A stretch of DNA of 29,340 bases from a virus, in the IMG/VR virus record IMGVR_UViG_3300028833_002847; one strand, written 5' to 3'. The notes beneath the pieces were generated by a model, which was given only the letters and a program-made list of their open reading frames with translations, searched no databases and had not been told where the DNA came from. Shown here piece after piece: positions 7,980 to 17,003 of the stretch. Made by a program: the position numbers and the translations under genes. Every line of letters starts with the position of its first letter. Within the stretch, counting starts at the first letter, position 1.

Positions 7980-8768
7980 ATGGAAAGTAGTATTAAAAAA
8001 AGAGTAAGTCAGCATTTGCGGGAAGCCATAGATAAAGATGCTGTAACAGAAAAAGGTTGGTTTATTATAGCTCCATATGGCTCTATGAATTATGGCTTAT
8101 ATGATTATGATAGTGATGTAGATAGTAAAATTATTAAAGTTCCTAATATGCGGGAAATCATAAGAAATATAGGTTCACGTGGAAGCTTGACCCGCACACT
8201 TAATTTTAATAATGAAAAAATAGAAGTTAAAGATATAAGAGAATTTTCTCGTATTCTTAAAACAGGTTCTATTAATTTTATGGAAATTTTATTTTCAGAC
8301 TATGTTCAAGTAAATTCTTTATATGAAGAAGAGTGGAATTTACTTTGTAGTAGAAGAGAAGCCTTAGCCCGCGCATATCCTGAAAATACACTATCTTCTT
8401 CTCTTGGAATGGCTAAAACAAAATATCATAATTTAGAGAAACAAGATTATAATAATTGTAATTTAAAAGATTTTATGACTCTTATGAGATTAGAATTTTT
8501 TGTAAAAAATTATCTTGAAAAAGTTCCTTATAAAAAATGTATTACTGTTGAAGATTTACCAAAAGTTCAAGAATTATGGCTAAAATTTAAACATCAAAAA
8601 ACAATAAGTGCTGAGGGTTTTAATCGTATTTTATCAGAAGCTCAATTAATTGTTTCTAAAATAGCAAATATGATAGAAAATAGTGATATGACAACTGATT
8701 ATTCTATGGATAATTTTATATATGATATTAATAATAAATTAATTTTAAAGAGAATTAAGGAGACTTAA
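7980..8768 (+). CDS. Pol-beta-superfamily nucleotidyltransferase (262 aa)
   Basis: Minimal nucleotidyltransferase signature hG[GS]x9-13DhD: FIIAPYGSMNYGLYDYDSDVDSKII. Confidence 0.55.
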   Translation: MESSIKKRVSQHLREAIDKDAVTEKGWFIIAPYGSMNYGLYDYDSDVDSKIIKVPNMREIIRNIGSRGSLTRTLNFNNEKIEVKDIREFSRILKTGSINFMEILFSDYVQVNSLYEEEWNLLCSRREALARAYPENTLSSSLGMAKTKYHNLEKQDYNNCNLKDFMTLMRLEFFVKNYLEKVPYKKCITVEDLPKVQELWLKFKHQKTISAEGFNRILSEAQLIVSKIANMIENSDMTTDYSMDNFIYDINNKLILKRIKET

Positions 8769-9209
8769 GTGAAAAATCAAATTCTAAAAGATTTTTGGGA
8801 TGCAGAAAATGGAATTTGTGAACTAGTTGTACTAAATAAATGGGGAAAATTTTCCGCTAAAACAATTTGTTCAAAAGAAGATAAAGATGTTCTTAGTTAT
8901 TGGACTGGAATTCATCTTTGTGAATATAAAATTTTAATTAAAACTCTTCAAGCAAAAGCTTTAGCATTTGATCAGCGAGTTATTGGTATCAAACATGCTA
9001 TTAATGTTTTACAAAATATTGATTCTCAAGCTAAATGGTGTGCAAAAACAAATGGAGATAGCTATTTTAATCTTTGGTGCTGTGTAGAAGCTACTGAACT
9101 AGAAGCTAAAAAAATTCGTGCTAAAATCAAAGAACTTAAAGAAGGTTATCCTGTTTATGCAGAGCATTTAATTAATTCTAAGAGAGAAATCTCAAATAAA
9201 AATTATTAA
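8769..9209 (+). CDS. Hypothetical protein (146 aa), possibly HEPN-like
   Basis: GTG start immediately after the upstream TAA. Contains an Rx5H stretch (QRVIGIKH) that matches the HEPN Rx4-6H pattern, which is weak evidence. Confidence 0.35.
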   Translation: MKNQILKDFWDAENGICELVVLNKWGKFSAKTICSKEDKDVLSYWTGIHLCEYKILIKTLQAKALAFDQRVIGIKHAINVLQNIDSQAKWCAKTNGDSYFNLWCCVEATELEAKKIRAKIKELKEGYPVYAEHLINSKREISNKNY

Positions 9210-9222
9210 AAAGGAGTTTGAA

Positions 9223-9993
9223 ATGAGTGGTCGTATTTTTGTAGTAGCTGATATTCATGGTTCTGCGGCCGTAGTTAAAAATATTATTTCTTTAATTGGT
9301 AATCCAACATCAGATGATATTATTATTGTTGCTGGAGATGCTGGTTTTGAGTATGGTAAACATGTTATGGGTTCTGCAAAAAGGGCTGCTCATAAATTTG
9401 TTGGTAAATGGATTGTTATGAGGGGTAATCATGACAATTGTTATCAAGACAATCATGCTCATTGGAATAAAGAAAAACAAAATTATGATTTAGATACTGG
9501 ATGGTCTTGGGCAGAAGATGGATATTCTTTATATCAAAATAGATATCCTAATATTTTATATATTCCTGATAGTGGAGGAATTTTAAAAATTAAAGATTTT
9601 AATTTTCTCTTTTGTCCAGGAGCTTATTCTGTAGATAAGATGTATCGTTTAAGAATGGATTATCCTTATAATTCTAATGAACAACTATCTATAGAAGATA
9701 TGAATAAACTAATTGATATTGTTAAAGACTGGAATAAAAATGGTTTCGATATTGATTATGTAATTGGACATACTTTCCCACTTTATTTAGAACGTTATTA
9801 TCGTGATTTATTTATGTCTAGTATTTCTCAAACTTCCGTAGATAAAACTACAGAAAAGTGGTTAAATATTATTAGTGAAGAATATGAAAGAAATCCCGCT
9901 TTCAAACAATATTATGGTGGACATTTTCATGATTCTCGCATTCTAGATGATAAATATACTATGGTTTATCAAACTCCAATTCAAATTGTTTAA
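9223..9993 (+). CDS. Second calcineurin-like metallophosphoesterase (256 aa)
   Basis: Motifs ADIHGS, AGDAGFEYG, MRGNHDN, GHTFP, GGHFHD. Confidence 0.7.
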   Translation: MSGRIFVVADIHGSAAVVKNIISLIGNPTSDDIIIVAGDAGFEYGKHVMGSAKRAAHKFVGKWIVMRGNHDNCYQDNHAHWNKEKQNYDLDTGWSWAEDGYSLYQNRYPNILYIPDSGGILKIKDFNFLFCPGAYSVDKMYRLRMDYPYNSNEQLSIEDMNKLIDIVKDWNKNGFDIDYVIGHTFPLYLERYYRDLFMSSISQTSVDKTTEKWLNIISEEYERNPAFKQYYGGHFHDSRILDDKYTMVYQTPIQIV

Positions 9994-10004
9994 ACCTTCT
10001 TTCT

Positions 10005-10045
10005 AATGGTCTAAATTTCATTGAATTTAGACCATTTTTCTTTTG
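10005..10045 (+). terminator. Rho-independent terminator
   Basis: 13-bp perfect stem aatggtctaaatt / aatttagaccatt, loop tcattg, followed by tttttctttt. Confidence 0.7.
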
Positions 10046-10072
10046 ACAGTTATTAAAATTTTTTGATATAAT
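10043..10072 (+). promoter_or_regulatory. Sigma-A-type promoter: TTGACA-N18-TGaTATAAT
   Basis: -35 10043-10048 overlaps the terminator T-run; tg 10064-10065, tataat 10067-10072. Confidence 0.6.
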
Positions 10073-10103
10073 ATAAATAAAGAGAAAGAGAGGTGTTAAT
10101 AAT

Positions 10104-12014
10104 TTGAATAATTTTTATAAAAATGACTCAATTGAATCACTTACTCCACGAGAGCATGTTAGACTTCGTCCAGGAATGTATGCGGGAGATACTAGTGATG
10201 CAACACAACTTGCAATAGAAATCTTAGGAAATTCTATTGATGAATTTAATATTGGTCATGGAGATTTAATCGAAATTTATATAAATCCAGATTGGATTGA
10301 TGAACAGAATGTTATTCTAATTCGTGATCATGGTCAGGGATTCCCAATAAATGTTCAACGAGATGATGGAGAAACAGTTCTTCAAGCTTCTTTTGATGTT
10401 ATTAATACTTCTGGTAAATATCGTGATGATGGTGTGTATGAAGGAACAGCAATTGGTTTAAATGGAATTGGAGCAAAATTAACTAATTTTCTTTCTCATA
10501 AGTTAAATGTAGTTTCTTATGATAATGAAGGTAATTTTGAATCTATCTTTTTTACAGAAGGAATTTTTGAAAAAAGAGAAACAGGAAAATTAATTCATGC
10601 TTCTGGCACAGAAGTAGCTTTTATTCCTAGTGAAGAATTCTTTACTTCACCTATGGTAAATGAGAAGAAATTAAGAGATTTTTGTGAAGATATTACTTGT
10701 TTATGTGAAGGTCTTACTATTATTTTTAATAATGAGACTATTAAGCATGAAAATGGTATTCAAGATTTATTAATTAAACATCTTGGTAAAGAAATTGAAA
10801 TCCTTAATAATCCATTATTTATCCAAGAGAGAAAGAACAAACAAGCTATTTCATTAGGATTAACTTATACAAGTAAAGGTTCTTCTACTATTATTCCTTA
10901 TGTTAATTGTGGATTAACATCATCTGGCCCGCATATTACAGCTATTAAATCAACAATTACACGTGTTTTAAATAAATGGGCAAAAGAACAAGGAATATTA
11001 AAAGCTAAAGATAAAAATTTAGACGGTTCTTCTCTTCAAGAAGGATTGATTTTAGTTGCTAATATTACAGCAGAAAATGTAGCTTATAATGCTCAAATTA
11101 AATCTACAATTACTAAAATTGATACTAGTTTTATAAATACTATCCTTGCGGAGCAGCTTGAAATTTGGCTTGATAATAATGTTGAAGATGGCACTAAAAT
11201 TATTGAAAAAGCTCTTATAGCTCGTAAAGCCGCAGAAGCTGCTAAGAAAGCTAGAGAACAAGTCAAAAATAAAGCAAATAAATCTGAAAAAAAGAAAAAT
11301 ATTCAGTTACCTACAACTTTAACAGATTGTTGGAGTAAAGATAGAACAAAATGTGAATTATTAATTTGCGAGGGTAAGTCAGCTGCATCTGGATTAGTAG
11401 CAGCTAGAGACAGCGAAACACAAGCAGTTTATGGTGTTAGAGGAAAAATGTTAAGTGTTTTAAAAACAGCTCCCGCAAATATTTATAAAAACAAAGAAAT
11501 TAATAATTTAGTTCAAGCTCTTGGATTGGCTGTTAATCCTGCTAATTGTAAATTAACATATGATGCATCTAAACTTCGTTATGGAAAGATTATAGCTTGT
11601 GCGGATGCAGATCCAGATGGGTCAGCTATTGAAAATTTACTTTTTAATATTTTATGGTATATATGCCCAGAATTAATAACTAATGGTCATGTTTATTCGG
11701 CAGTACCACCTCTTTATAAGGTAATTACCAATAAGAATGAGTATATTTATCTTAAAGGTGATAAAGAATTAAAAGAATGCCAACAAGTTTGTACTATTAA
11801 AACGATAAATCGTTTAAAGGGACTTGGCGAAATGGATTCAACAGAACTTAATGAAACTCTATTAGATCCTGCTACAAGACAAGTTTTACAACTCGAAGTA
11901 AAAGATTTTAAAGAAACTGATAAAATTTTTACAGATCTTTATGGTAAAGTAGTTGAACCAAGAATTAAATTCTTACAAGAGCATGGAGAGGAAGCGAGAG
12001 CTGATTATGAATAG
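10104..12014 (+). CDS. Type II DNA topoisomerase, ATPase/TOPRIM subunit (GyrB/ParE or T4 gp39-like)
   Basis: TTG start 9 nt after RBS agagaggtg. GHKL ATPase region (LIRDHGQGFP, GLNGIGAKLTN) and TOPRIM region (LLICEGKSAASG, ACADADPDGSAI). Confidence 0.8.
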   Translation: MNNFYKNDSIESLTPREHVRLRPGMYAGDTSDATQLAIEILGNSIDEFNIGHGDLIEIYINPDWIDEQNVILIRDHGQGFPINVQRDDGETVLQASFDVINTSGKYRDDGVYEGTAIGLNGIGAKLTNFLSHKLNVVSYDNEGNFESIFFTEGIFEKRETGKLIHASGTEVAFIPSEEFFTSPMVNEKKLRDFCEDITCLCEGLTIIFNNETIKHENGIQDLLIKHLGKEIEILNNPLFIQERKNKQAISLGLTYTSKGSSTIIPYVNCGLTSSGPHITAIKSTITRVLNKWAKEQGILKAKDKNLDGSSLQEGLILVANITAENVAYNAQIKSTITKIDTSFINTILAEQLEIWLDNNVEDGTKIIEKALIARKAAEAAKKAREQVKNKANKSEKKKNIQLPTTLTDCWSKDRTKCELLICEGKSAASGLVAARDSETQAVYGVRGKMLSVLKTAPANIYKNKEINNLVQALGLAVNPANCKLTYDASKLRYGKIIACADADPDGSAIENLLFNILWYICPELITNGHVYSAVPPLYKVITNKNEYIYLKGDKELKECQQVCTIKTINRLKGLGEMDSTELNETLLDPATRQVLQLEVKDFKETDKIFTDLYGKVVEPRIKFLQEHGEEARADYE

Positions 12015-14106
12015 TATTAATGTTATTTCAGAGATTTCTCAAAACTTTCTTGACTCATCTCTTGAAACGAATATGAATAGAGCTTTTCCAAATATTCTTG
12101 ATGGATTGAAACCTGGTCAACGCGCTTGTATTTGGGAAATGTATATAAAGAAGTATACAAGTAAAAAACCTCATGTAAAATCTGCTAAGGTAAGTGGCGG
12201 TGTTATTGCTGATTTATGGCCACATTCCGACGTAGCTATTTATGAAACTTTTGCTCGTATGTCTCAACCATTTATTAATAATATTCCTGAAATTGATTGG
12301 CATGGAGCAAATGGTAATCCTATTCTTGGTGGAGATGCTTTAGCAAATCAACGTTATACTGAATGTCGTTTAGCAGCTATTACAGAAGATGGCATGCTTC
12401 AAGGAATTAATAAAAATAATGTAGATATGATTCCTAACTTCAGTGAAGATGCTAAATGGCCTAAAGTACTACCATCAATTTTTCCTCGCCTTCTTGTTAA
12501 TGGAGCACAAGGAATTGGAGTATCGCTATCAAATACTTGGCTTTGTCATAATTTTACTGAAACAGCTCAATTAATTTTTGATTATATCCGCACAGGAATT
12601 GTAGATAATGATAATTATTATCCTGATTTTCCAACAGGTGGAATTATTATAAACAAAGAAGATTTACCTAAAATTAATAAAACTGGTAAAGGTAAAGTTA
12701 TTATTGAAAGTAAATATACTATTAATGGGAATGAAATTAATTTTTCAGAACTTCCTTATCAAGTATATATTGAACCAGTAATTGATGAAATTAAAAAAGG
12801 AATCCAAGAGGATAAGATTACTGGAATTCAAGAGATCTATAATAAATCTGATAAAAATAGAATTCTTTTAACTATTGAGTGTGAAAATAATTGCAACCCA
12901 GAACAAGTAGTTCTTCAATTATTTGAAAATACTAATCTTCGTAAACAATATAATGCTAATCAAAATGGTATTATTAGTAAAACTCCAATTATGATTACTC
13001 TTGAGCAATATCTTCAAGAATATGTTAAACATAATCTTAATTGTATTAAAAGAGAATTTCAATATGATTTAGATGAAACAAATGAAAAAAAAGAAATTCT
13101 TGAGGGACTAGTTAAAGCTTTAGAAGATATTGATAATATTATTCAAACAATTAAACAAAGTAAAAATACTTCAGAAGCAAAAATTAATTTAATTAATAAA
13201 TTTAATTTTACAGAATTACAAGCAGATGCAATTCTTAAAATGAGACTTAGTAAATTAGCAAATATGGAAAAAATTGCTATTAATAATGAGCTCCAAGAGA
13301 AAAAGGAATTTGCATTATATTGTGCGGGAATTGTTGAATCAATAGATAAACAAAAAGAAATTCTAGTTAATAGATTAGAAGAACTTGTTAAAAAATATGG
13401 AGACAAGCGCCGCACACAAATAATTCAAAAAGAAATTGCTTCTAAAGATAAAAAGAAAAAAGAAAAAATTGTTAAAGATGTAGTTATTACTTACGATGAA
13501 AAAGGTTATTTACAAAATATTCCTATTTCTGCATATAAGAAAACTGGAACTAAAGTAAATGTTCTTAAAATGAAGTCAAATGAATTATTTTTACTTTTCT
13601 CTTCTCTTGGACGAATTTTTAAAGTAAGAGCAGAAGAGGTTAAAGAATGCGGGAATCGAGATAAAGGTCAAGCAGTTGGAACTATTTTAAACCTTGCTTC
13701 GCAAGAAAAGATTCTAAATATTTTTAATATGGGAATAGATAAAAAACATCCTTATATTATTTTCTTTACTAAATATGGTTTAGTAAAAAAGAGTGATAAA
13801 AATATTTGGACTACAACAACTCAAAATAAAAAGGGAATGAAAGGAATTTCTCTTAAAGAAAATGATTCTATTGTAGGAGTCTTTGAAAGTAATGGAGATT
13901 TAGCGGTTGTTAAAAGTAAAACTCATATTATTAAATTTGAAGTAGAATCTATTAGAGCTACTAAAAACGGATATGGAGTAAAAGCTATTTCTCTTGATGA
14001 GGATGAGATAGTAGAAAAAGTAGAAATTATTCCTAAAAATTCTATTAAATATAATAATATTAAAATTCAAAATCGTGGCGGTAGAGGAGTTCTTATTCAT
14101 GTCTAG
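12007..14106 (+). CDS. Type II DNA topoisomerase, DNA breakage-reunion subunit (GyrA/ParC or T4 gp52-like)
   Basis: LDGLKPGQRA matches the GyrA N-terminal motif; NQRYTECRL carries the active-site Tyr. ATG 12007 overlaps the subunit-B TAG (ATGAATAG). The track ORF begins earlier, at 11953. Confidence 0.8.
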   Translation: MNSINVISEISQNFLDSSLETNMNRAFPNILDGLKPGQRACIWEMYIKKYTSKKPHVKSAKVSGGVIADLWPHSDVAIYETFARMSQPFINNIPEIDWHGANGNPILGGDALANQRYTECRLAAITEDGMLQGINKNNVDMIPNFSEDAKWPKVLPSIFPRLLVNGAQGIGVSLSNTWLCHNFTETAQLIFDYIRTGIVDNDNYYPDFPTGGIIINKEDLPKINKTGKGKVIIESKYTINGNEINFSELPYQVYIEPVIDEIKKGIQEDKITGIQEIYNKSDKNRILLTIECENNCNPEQVVLQLFENTNLRKQYNANQNGIISKTPIMITLEQYLQEYVKHNLNCIKREFQYDLDETNEKKEILEGLVKALEDIDNIIQTIKQSKNTSEAKINLINKFNFTELQADAILKMRLSKLANMEKIAINNELQEKKEFALYCAGIVESIDKQKEILVNRLEELVKKYGDKRRTQIIQKEIASKDKKKKEKIVKDVVITYDEKGYLQNIPISAYKKTGTKVNVLKMKSNELFLLFSSLGRIFKVRAEEVKECGNRDKGQAVGTILNLASQEKILNIFNMGIDKKHPYIIFFTKYGLVKKSDKNIWTTTTQNKKGMKGISLKENDSIVGVFESNGDLAVVKSKTHIIKFEVESIRATKNGYGVKAISLDEDEIVEKVEIIPKNSIKYNNIKIQNRGGRGVLIHV

Positions 14107-15241
14107 TTTATATCCAGAATCTTGGCAAATTCCACCTATGAAATATTGCTCTAAAGCATCTGATAAAGCCGCAAGACAAGCTTTTGAATCAGGTGACTTT
14201 GTTATGCAAGAAAAATATGATGGAGCTTTATATCAATTAGAGAAAACTGATTCTGGATATATTTATTTATTTTCTAGAACAAAATCTCGTAAAACAGGAG
14301 AGCTTGTAGAAAAGTCTGATAACTTTCCTCATATTAAGAAATGGGCTGAATGGGCTATCCCAAATGGAACTATTCTCATAGGTGAAATTTATGTAGAAGG
14401 TGGACATTCTAACGATGTAACTAAATTATCTGGATGTTTACCTCAGAATGCAGTTAAACGTCAGTTTGATTCAAATGAATATGGTGGTCCTGTAAAATAT
14501 AAAGTATTTGATATTATTAGATTTGCAGGAGAAGATATTCAAAATAAACCAACTATTGAAAGAATTAATAATTATTTAAATAGTACTAGTTTAGACTATT
14601 CTTTTTCTGATAAGTATGTACAAAGAGTAACTACTTATTATGATAATTTTGAAGAACGACTTCAACAAATTTTTAAAAATGGTGGAGAAGGTGCTGTTTT
14701 TAAAAACAAAAATTGCCCTTATCGCGCGGGAAAACGTTCAACTGTATCTCAAGCTTTTAAATGGAAGCAACATTTAGATTCTGTTGATTTAATTTGTATT
14801 GGACTTGAAGATCCAATCATAGAATATACTGGTAAAGAAATTAATACTTGGCCATATTGGTATAGTTTTACAACTGATCATTTTTATAAATGGGAATTTG
14901 ATAAAAATAATCCCACATCGGCTCCATATAGCTTTGATGATGTTCCTGATATAGAACCGGTAACTAAGCCATTTTTTTACGGATGGAAAAATTCTATGTC
15001 TCTTGGATGTTATAAGAATGGAGAAATTGTTTATGTCGGTAAGGTAGCATCGGGATTAACTGATAGTATGCGGCAAGATATGGCAGAGCATCCAAAAAAT
15101 TATCTTAATAGAGTTATTCAGGTAAGTTGTATGTCTGTAGATCCTAAAGAAGGAACATTGAGACATCCAGTATTTGAACAGATACGTGAAGATAAAAATC
15201 CAGAAGATTGTATTTATAAAGAAATTTTCAATGTTAAGTAA
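14099..15241 (+). CDS. ATP-dependent DNA ligase
   Basis: Motif I KxDG (MQEKYDGALY). ATG 14099 overlaps the upstream TAG; RBS gaggag. Confidence 0.75.
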   Translation: MSSLYPESWQIPPMKYCSKASDKAARQAFESGDFVMQEKYDGALYQLEKTDSGYIYLFSRTKSRKTGELVEKSDNFPHIKKWAEWAIPNGTILIGEIYVEGGHSNDVTKLSGCLPQNAVKRQFDSNEYGGPVKYKVFDIIRFAGEDIQNKPTIERINNYLNSTSLDYSFSDKYVQRVTTYYDNFEERLQQIFKNGGEGAVFKNKNCPYRAGKRSTVSQAFKWKQHLDSVDLICIGLEDPIIEYTGKEINTWPYWYSFTTDHFYKWEFDKNNPTSAPYSFDDVPDIEPVTKPFFYGWKNSMSLGCYKNGEIVYVGKVASGLTDSMRQDMAEHPKNYLNRVIQVSCMSVDPKEGTLRHPVFEQIREDKNPEDCIYKEIFNVK

Positions 15242-15250
15242 AAATAATTA

Positions 15251-15280
15251 TTGGCAACAAGGTTAAAAATAGGTTATAAT
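15251..15280 (+). promoter_or_regulatory. Sigma-A-type promoter: TTGGCA-N18-TATAAT
   Basis: -35 15251-15256, -10 15275-15280, RBS aaaaggag before ATG 15318. Confidence 0.5.
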
Positions 15281-15317
15281 AATATAAAGTAAAAGTTAAG
15301 AGATAAAAGGAGTTTAT

Positions 15318-15563
15318 ATGATTTCAATTGATGAGGTACGTAATATTACCCCTGACCCGAAAGCTCTTATTAGTGATGAACTTATTAATGAGCTAATGGA
15401 TGAAATTGACGAGAAGATTAAGGTTGAAGCACATAAGGGTAATACCCGTGCTTGTTCTCGTCAGGTTAAACAAGCAGTAGGTGAAATTCTTGTAGAACGT
15501 TATGCTGCTGGTGGTTATAATGCAAAAATTCTTGGCAATCATACAGTAGAAATTAGTTGGTAA
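15318..15563 (+). CDS. Hypothetical protein (81 aa)
   Basis: Strong RBS; no motif recognised. Confidence 0.4.
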   Translation: MISIDEVRNITPDPKALISDELINELMDEIDEKIKVEAHKGNTRACSRQVKQAVGEILVERYAAGGYNAKILGNHTVEISW

Positions 15564-15571
15564 AAAAGTTT

Positions 15572-15600
15572 TTGACAGCATTATAAAAATATAATAAAAT
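15572..15600 (+). promoter_or_regulatory. Possible promoter: TTGACA-N17-TAAAAT
   Basis: -35 15572-15577; the best -10 at correct spacing is taaaat 15595-15600. A perfect tataat at 15590-15595 is only 12 nt from the -35. Confidence 0.35.
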
Positions 15601-15655
15601 ATAAATTGAAAAAAAAAGAGAATAATCTCAAAGAATGAAACAAAGGAGAAATAAA

Positions 15656-15922
15656 ATGGCTAAATATTTTTCAGATAACGCTAAGACTGTTGTAACCTTC
15701 CTTCGTGAGCATCAGGGTGTTGACCTTGTTCAGAATGATATCGCTGATGCAACTGGAATTGCTCGTCGTTCAATGACTGGTCTTATTAATTCTCTAGTTA
15801 AGAAGGACGTTGCTGTTCGTGATGAGGTTGAAATTGCAGAGGGTAAGACTGTTAAATATGTTCGTCTTACTGACCTTGGTATGACTATTGATCTTGATAT
15901 GGATAAACCTGTTAAAGCTTAG
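15656..15922 (+). CDS. Winged-helix DNA-binding protein (MarR-like wHTH), about 88 aa
   Basis: IADATGIARRSMTGLINSLVKKDVAVR has an HTH-like pattern. RBS aaaggag before ATG 15656; the track ORF starts at 15635. Codon usage is strongly biased toward cgt/ggt/ctt/gtt. Confidence 0.5.
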   Translation: MAKYFSDNAKTVVTFLREHQGVDLVQNDIADATGIARRSMTGLINSLVKKDVAVRDEVEIAEGKTVKYVRLTDLGMTIDLDMDKPVKA

Positions 15923-15940
15923 TATTTATTCTAAAAATTA

Positions 15941-15975
15941 ATAAAGAGATATAGAAATATATCTCTTTATTTTAG
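15941..15975 (+). terminator. Rho-independent terminator
   Basis: 13-bp perfect stem ataaagagatata / tatatctctttat with a gaaa tetraloop, then ttttagtt. Confidence 0.7.
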
Positions 15976-16021
15976 TTCTTAAGACTGAAAAATTTTATAA
16001 AAATAAGGAGAATAAATATTT

Positions 16022-16987
16022 ATGAAACAAAATTTTATTAATAATGTTGAAATTAGAGGATATGTTTTTAGTCATAGTCTTCAAGAACGTGTAACAGGAG
16101 CAACTGCAAAACAGCCTAATACAACTTTTATTATGGGTGATGTAAATATTGCTACTGATAATCAAGGAATGAATATTGTTCCTGTACATTTTACTTATGT
16201 AACTGAAACTTTTGCCAAGAGTGGTAAAAAGAATGCTACTTTTGATAATCTACGTCAGATTATTAATAATGCTAAAACTTTTGAAACAGATGGTACTAAT
16301 GCCGCAAAAGTTCGTATCACTGGACAAATTGAACTTAATGATTTTTATACTCGTCAAGGAGAGCTTGCTTCACCTAAGCGTGTGCGGGGAAGCTTCCTAC
16401 ATTTTCTTAATGCAGGAGAAACTATTGTTGATGATGTAAACAATACACTCTTTGATGTTGACTTTCTTGCTCTCGCTACCATTGAGCATGAGTATGAAGA
16501 TAATCCCCAACAAAACTATTTAGAGCTTAAAGGTTTTGCTTTTGATTATCGTGGAGCTGTACTCCCAATGAGTTTTTCAGTTTCAAATAAACCTGGTCAA
16601 ACTTTTTTCCAAAAAGAAGATATTAGTCAAACAAATCCTTATTTTGGAACCCTTCATGGAAATATTAAATCTACAACTATTGAAATTACTCCAGATGTAG
16701 ATGAAAGTCAAATGGGATTTGGTCAAGTAGTAGTTCGTCCAACTACTAGAACTTTCCGTTCTTGGGAAATTGTTGCAGCTAACATTAACGAGGGTGTTTC
16801 AGAAGATACTATTACTCCTGATGAACTTTCTCAAGGATTAGCTAATCGAGAAACTTATCTTGCTGAAATTAAAAAGCGCCAAGAGGAATATCAGAAAAGT
16901 CAAGCTGGTAATGCGGGATTCCCAAGCGGTTCTCAAGGAAATCAAGGGGCTCAAACTTTAGGTCAAATGGGTGGCTTTAAGTTTTAA
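16022..16987 (+). CDS. Putative single-stranded-DNA-binding protein (321 aa, atypical)
   Basis: Adjacent to the Sak4-like ATPase. Gly/Gln-rich C-terminal linker (SQAGNAGFPSGSQGNQGAQTLGQMGGFKF) ends in an SSB-like aromatic tail. Has highly-expressed-gene codon usage. No direct motif proof. Confidence 0.35.
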   Translation: MKQNFINNVEIRGYVFSHSLQERVTGATAKQPNTTFIMGDVNIATDNQGMNIVPVHFTYVTETFAKSGKKNATFDNLRQIINNAKTFETDGTNAAKVRITGQIELNDFYTRQGELASPKRVRGSFLHFLNAGETIVDDVNNTLFDVDFLALATIEHEYEDNPQQNYLELKGFAFDYRGAVLPMSFSVSNKPGQTFFQKEDISQTNPYFGTLHGNIKSTTIEITPDVDESQMGFGQVVVRPTTRTFRSWEIVAANINEGVSEDTITPDELSQGLANRETYLAEIKKRQEEYQKSQAGNAGFPSGSQGNQGAQTLGQMGGFKF

Positions 16988-17003
16988 TCGAAAGGAGTAA
17001 TAA

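Noticed and set aside
16212-16439. Plus-strand 75-aa ORF overlapping the SSB-like gene in another frame
   Set aside because: It is embedded in a gene with strong codon bias and has no RBS. Leu/Met-rich out-of-frame artefact.
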